Of a stretch of 64,000 nucleotides of DNA, positions 61,395-64,000 are shown piece after piece. How positions within the stretch are numbered: the stretch's first letter is position 1; every line of letters starts with the position of its first letter. The notes beneath the pieces were generated by a model, which saw only the letters and a program-made list of their open reading frames with translations, made no database searches and was not told where the DNA came from. A program made the position numbers and the translations under genes. The DNA is from an uncultured Pseudomonadota bacterium (GTDB lineage: Bacteria; Oederibacteriota; Muellerivitia; Muellerivitales; Muellerivitaceae): positions 416,001 to 480,000 of the forward strand of contig CAVYRH010000026.1 of assembly GCA_963770835.1 (NCBI GenBank). The letters run 5' to 3'.

Positions 61395-62765
61395 TCACCG
61401 AACCGCGGGGAATAAAAGGGTGACGGTTGTTCCCTTGGAGGGTTCACTCCTAATTTCCACGGTCCCCGCATGCAGGTCCATGATGCTTTTCACGATGGAA
61501 AGCCCCAGTCCGGCCCCACCCGAAGAGGGGGTGCGGGAGCCATCCACCCGGTAAAAACGTTGGAATACCCGGGAAACCTGGTCCGGGGGTATTCCCTTTC
61601 CCGTGTCGGAAACTTCCACGCGGACATTTCCACCGCCGTCGGTCGTTTTTAAGAGGACCGTTCCGCCGGCGGGAGTGTATTTCAAGGCGTTTTCGACCAG
61701 GTTCCCCACCGCTCGCTGGAACAAGGAACGGTCCAAGTCCGCCCGCAAACCTTCCGGGGCTTCCACCCGCAAAGCGATGCCCGATTCCCCCGCCGACAGG
61801 CCGTAAAAATCCTGGAGGAGCCCCAGTTCCTTTTTTAAATCCAACTCCTCCCGCTGGATTTGGGTTTGGGGATTCTCCGCCCGCGCGAGAAAAAGGAGCC
61901 GGTCAATCAGGTTGGAAAGCCGATGGTATTCCTCCAGGAAGGAACCCAGGAGGTCCTGGTATTCGCCGGTTTTGCGAGCCTTGCTTAAAGCCACTTCCGC
62001 CTCCCCGCGGAGGTTCTGGAGCGGGGTCCGCAGTTCGTGCGCGATGTCGGAACTGAAACGGGAAAGCCGGGTGAAGGAATCCTCCAAGCGGTCCAGCATC
62101 CCATTGAAAGTCGCGGCCAGGTCGGAAAGCTCGGAGGGAAGGCCCGACCGTTCCAGGCGCTCATCCAGGGTACTGGGACTGATCCGGGCCGCGGTTTCCG
62201 CCATTTTCCTCACGGGCCGGATGCCCCGGTGGGCGATCCAGTAACCCGCCAGGGCGCAAGCCAGGAGGGAAAAGCCCAGCGCGAGAAAAAGCTTCGCCCG
62301 GAATTTTTCCAGGATCGACTTGTCCGAACTCATGTCAATGGCCATCTGAATTGTCACGTCAGGGGGGCTATGCCCCAGCCAAAGGCCTTGGGTTGAGGAG
62401 ACCCGGAAGGGATGGCCTTCTTCGGATCGGACGGTTGAATTCCAGCCGTTCGGGGGCCCCTTTTTGAAAAACTCTAAGGGCAAGGATCGCGACATCCCGG
62501 GAGTCTCGGTGAGTAGTCGGCCCTGGCCATCCACTATCCTTGTCCAAAAGGAGGTGTTCCGGTACCACACCGGCAGTTCACCCACGAATTCCTGGAGGTC
62601 ATTCAGGTCGACCGTTGGATCCTTCAACCTGATGGTTAAATTTTCAAGTTTTTGGGAAAGCTGGACGTCATCCTCGTGGTCGAGACTTTCGGAAAGGGCG
62701 CGGTAGAGGAATCCCGAGGCCGTCAAGACCAGCGCGAAGGCCGAAAGGCCGTACCAGAGGGTCAT
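61395..62765 (-). CDS. Heavy-metal-type sensor histidine kinase (CusS/CzcS-like)
   Basis: Two TM segments, HAMP, FSSDIAHELRTPL, NLVENALKY, DTGKGI, FYRVD.SR, GAGLGLSIV. Confidence 0.9.
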   Translation of the reverse strand: MTLWYGLSAFALVLTASGFLYRALSESLDHEDDVQLSQKLENLTIRLKDPTVDLNDLQEFVGELPVWYRNTSFWTRIVDGQGRLLTETPGMSRSLPLEFFKKGPPNGWNSTVRSEEGHPFRVSSTQGLWLGHSPPDVTIQMAIDMSSDKSILEKFRAKLFLALGFSLLACALAGYWIAHRGIRPVRKMAETAARISPSTLDERLERSGLPSELSDLAATFNGMLDRLEDSFTRLSRFSSDIAHELRTPLQNLRGEAEVALSKARKTGEYQDLLGSFLEEYHRLSNLIDRLLFLARAENPQTQIQREELDLKKELGLLQDFYGLSAGESGIALRVEAPEGLRADLDRSLFQRAVGNLVENALKYTPAGGTVLLKTTDGGGNVRVEVSDTGKGIPPDQVSRVFQRFYRVDGSRTPSSGGAGLGLSIVKSIMDLHAGTVEIRSEPSKGTTVTLLFPAVR

Positions 62766-62805
62766 GCGGGCGGCCAGGGAACCGGGCCGCCAAATCCCTT
62801 CTTTT

Positions 62806-63480
62806 TTATCCGCGGTCTTGGAGGACGTAACCCACCCCCCGCACGGTATGGATCAGCTTGCGGTCGAAGGGGTCATCCATCTTGGAGCGGAGACGGCGGA
62901 CGTGGACGTCCACCACATTCGTGTCACTGTCAAAAGTCATGCCCCAAATTTGTTCCGCCAAGAGGGTCCGGGACAGGACATCGCCGGTGCGGGAGGCAAG
63001 GAAATAAAGAAGGGAAAATTCCTTTGGGGTGAGGTCGAGCCGCTGGCCCGACCGCTGGGCCCTCTGGCGGATGGGGTCCATCTCCAGGTCGCCGACCTGG
63101 AGGACTTCCGGGGACCGGGACTGGCTACGCCTCAGGAGGGTGTGCACCCGCGCCAAAAGTTCCGCGAAAGCGAAGGGCTTCACCAGGTAATCGTCCGCTC
63201 CCGATTCCAACCCCCTCACCCGGTCCTCCACCGCGTCCCGGGCGGTCAAGAAAAGAATGGGAAACTTCTGTCCCAACCGGCGCAGGTCCTCCAGGATGGA
63301 CCAACCGTCCTTGTCCGGAAGCATGACGTCCAGGATGAGGAGGTCGCAACCGCCCGCCAGCGCCATCTGGAAACCGGTTTCGCCGTTCCCACTGCGATTG
63401 ACCGTATAACCGTTCTCCGCCAGGCCTTTCGCGAGATAGGCGGCGGTTTTGGTTTCGTCCTCGACAACGAGAATTTTCAT
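62806..63480 (-). CDS. OmpR-family heavy-metal response regulator (CusR/CzcR-like)
   Basis: MKILVVED, LDVMLP, LTARD, GADDYLVKPFAFAELLAR, FDSDTNVVDVH, LIHTVRGVGY. Confidence 0.92.
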   Translation of the reverse strand: MKILVVEDETKTAAYLAKGLAENGYTVNRSGNGETGFQMALAGGCDLLILDVMLPDKDGWSILEDLRRLGQKFPILFLTARDAVEDRVRGLESGADDYLVKPFAFAELLARVHTLLRRSQSRSPEVLQVGDLEMDPIRQRAQRSGQRLDLTPKEFSLLYFLASRTGDVLSRTLLAEQIWGMTFDSDTNVVDVHVRRLRSKMDDPFDRKLIHTVRGVGYVLQDRG

Positions 63481-63786
63481 AATTTCCGATCAACTTTTTT
63501 TGAGGCCGGGTGGAAGGGCCTTATGAAAAATTCCAAGGCCGCCTCCTCGAAGCCGGAACATTATCACCTCCAGCCGTTATTTAAAATTGCGGGCAAATTT
63601 AATTTCCCCAAATTTAACAAGGCCTCAACCCCATTGGTCACAGGGAAAACGAAATTTAATACACCCCCTCGGTGGATAAGCTGAATAGCCAAATTTAAGT
63701 TAAGAACCGATAGCAAAACTAAAATTTTAATCTTTCCGCAGAGGCGCAGAGACCCATGCCAACCATCATTTTGATAGTTATTCAGA

Positions 63787-63899
63787 GTCTACAGCCACGG
63801 GCTAGGAGCGTATCGTTTTTAACCCCTTGTTTTTCAAGGGGTGATTCGCGACACAGATACGAAAAAGTTTGTCGTTTGGATTTTTTCATCATCCGGCTA
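63787..63899 (-). mobile_element. Truncated inverted copy of the MITE at 16579..16725
   Basis: Reverse complement aligns without gaps to 16579..16692 with scattered substitutions; the other terminal repeat is missing. Confidence 0.75.
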
Positions 63900-64000
63900 A
63901 GAATAAAAATGTCGAAGGATTTGGGCGGTTTTGAATCCAAAGGGAAGATGACGATTTCGTCATCTTATCGTTACGTTCATTTTATTTTTCCGAAACCTAG

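Overview
GC-rich bacterial chromosomal segment, almost all on the + strand. It looks like a draft or long-read assembly, because single-base indels split lepA, dnaK, infB, a GH5 gene and a membrane-protein gene. Housekeeping blocks: lepA-lepB-hemW, hrcA-grpE-dnaK, dxr-rseP-sucCD, ispG-proS, polC-rimP-nusA-infB-DUF503-rbfA-nrnA, and a heavy-metal-type two-component pair. Two accessory loci stand out. (1) At 2.3-12.2 kb, three tandem large proteins with signal peptide, SLH-like motif, coiled coil and a probable beta-barrel are bracketed by three lipoproteins carrying a CBM11/CIA30-like domain. This is a candidate SusC/D-independent glycan capture and uptake apparatus. (2) At 29.4-42.2 kb, five secreted clan GH-A hydrolases (GH5, GH44, three GH51/79-like) carry Pro/Thr linkers, small Cys loops and a shared T9SS-like C-terminal domain. 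They have LacI/CelR-like operators, a possible sigma-54 promoter, and a duplicated CTD-intergenic-signal-peptide junction. PolC lacks its inserted 3'-5' exonuclease domain. Intergenic regions are full of small palindromic elements built from 7-, 8- or 9-mer tandem repeats, plus REP/MITE-like elements. I recognised no rRNA, tRNA, CRISPR array or transposase. PolC and HrcA together with outer-membrane features suggest a deep-branching diderm lineage (inference). All family calls come from motif recognition by eye; no searches were run.
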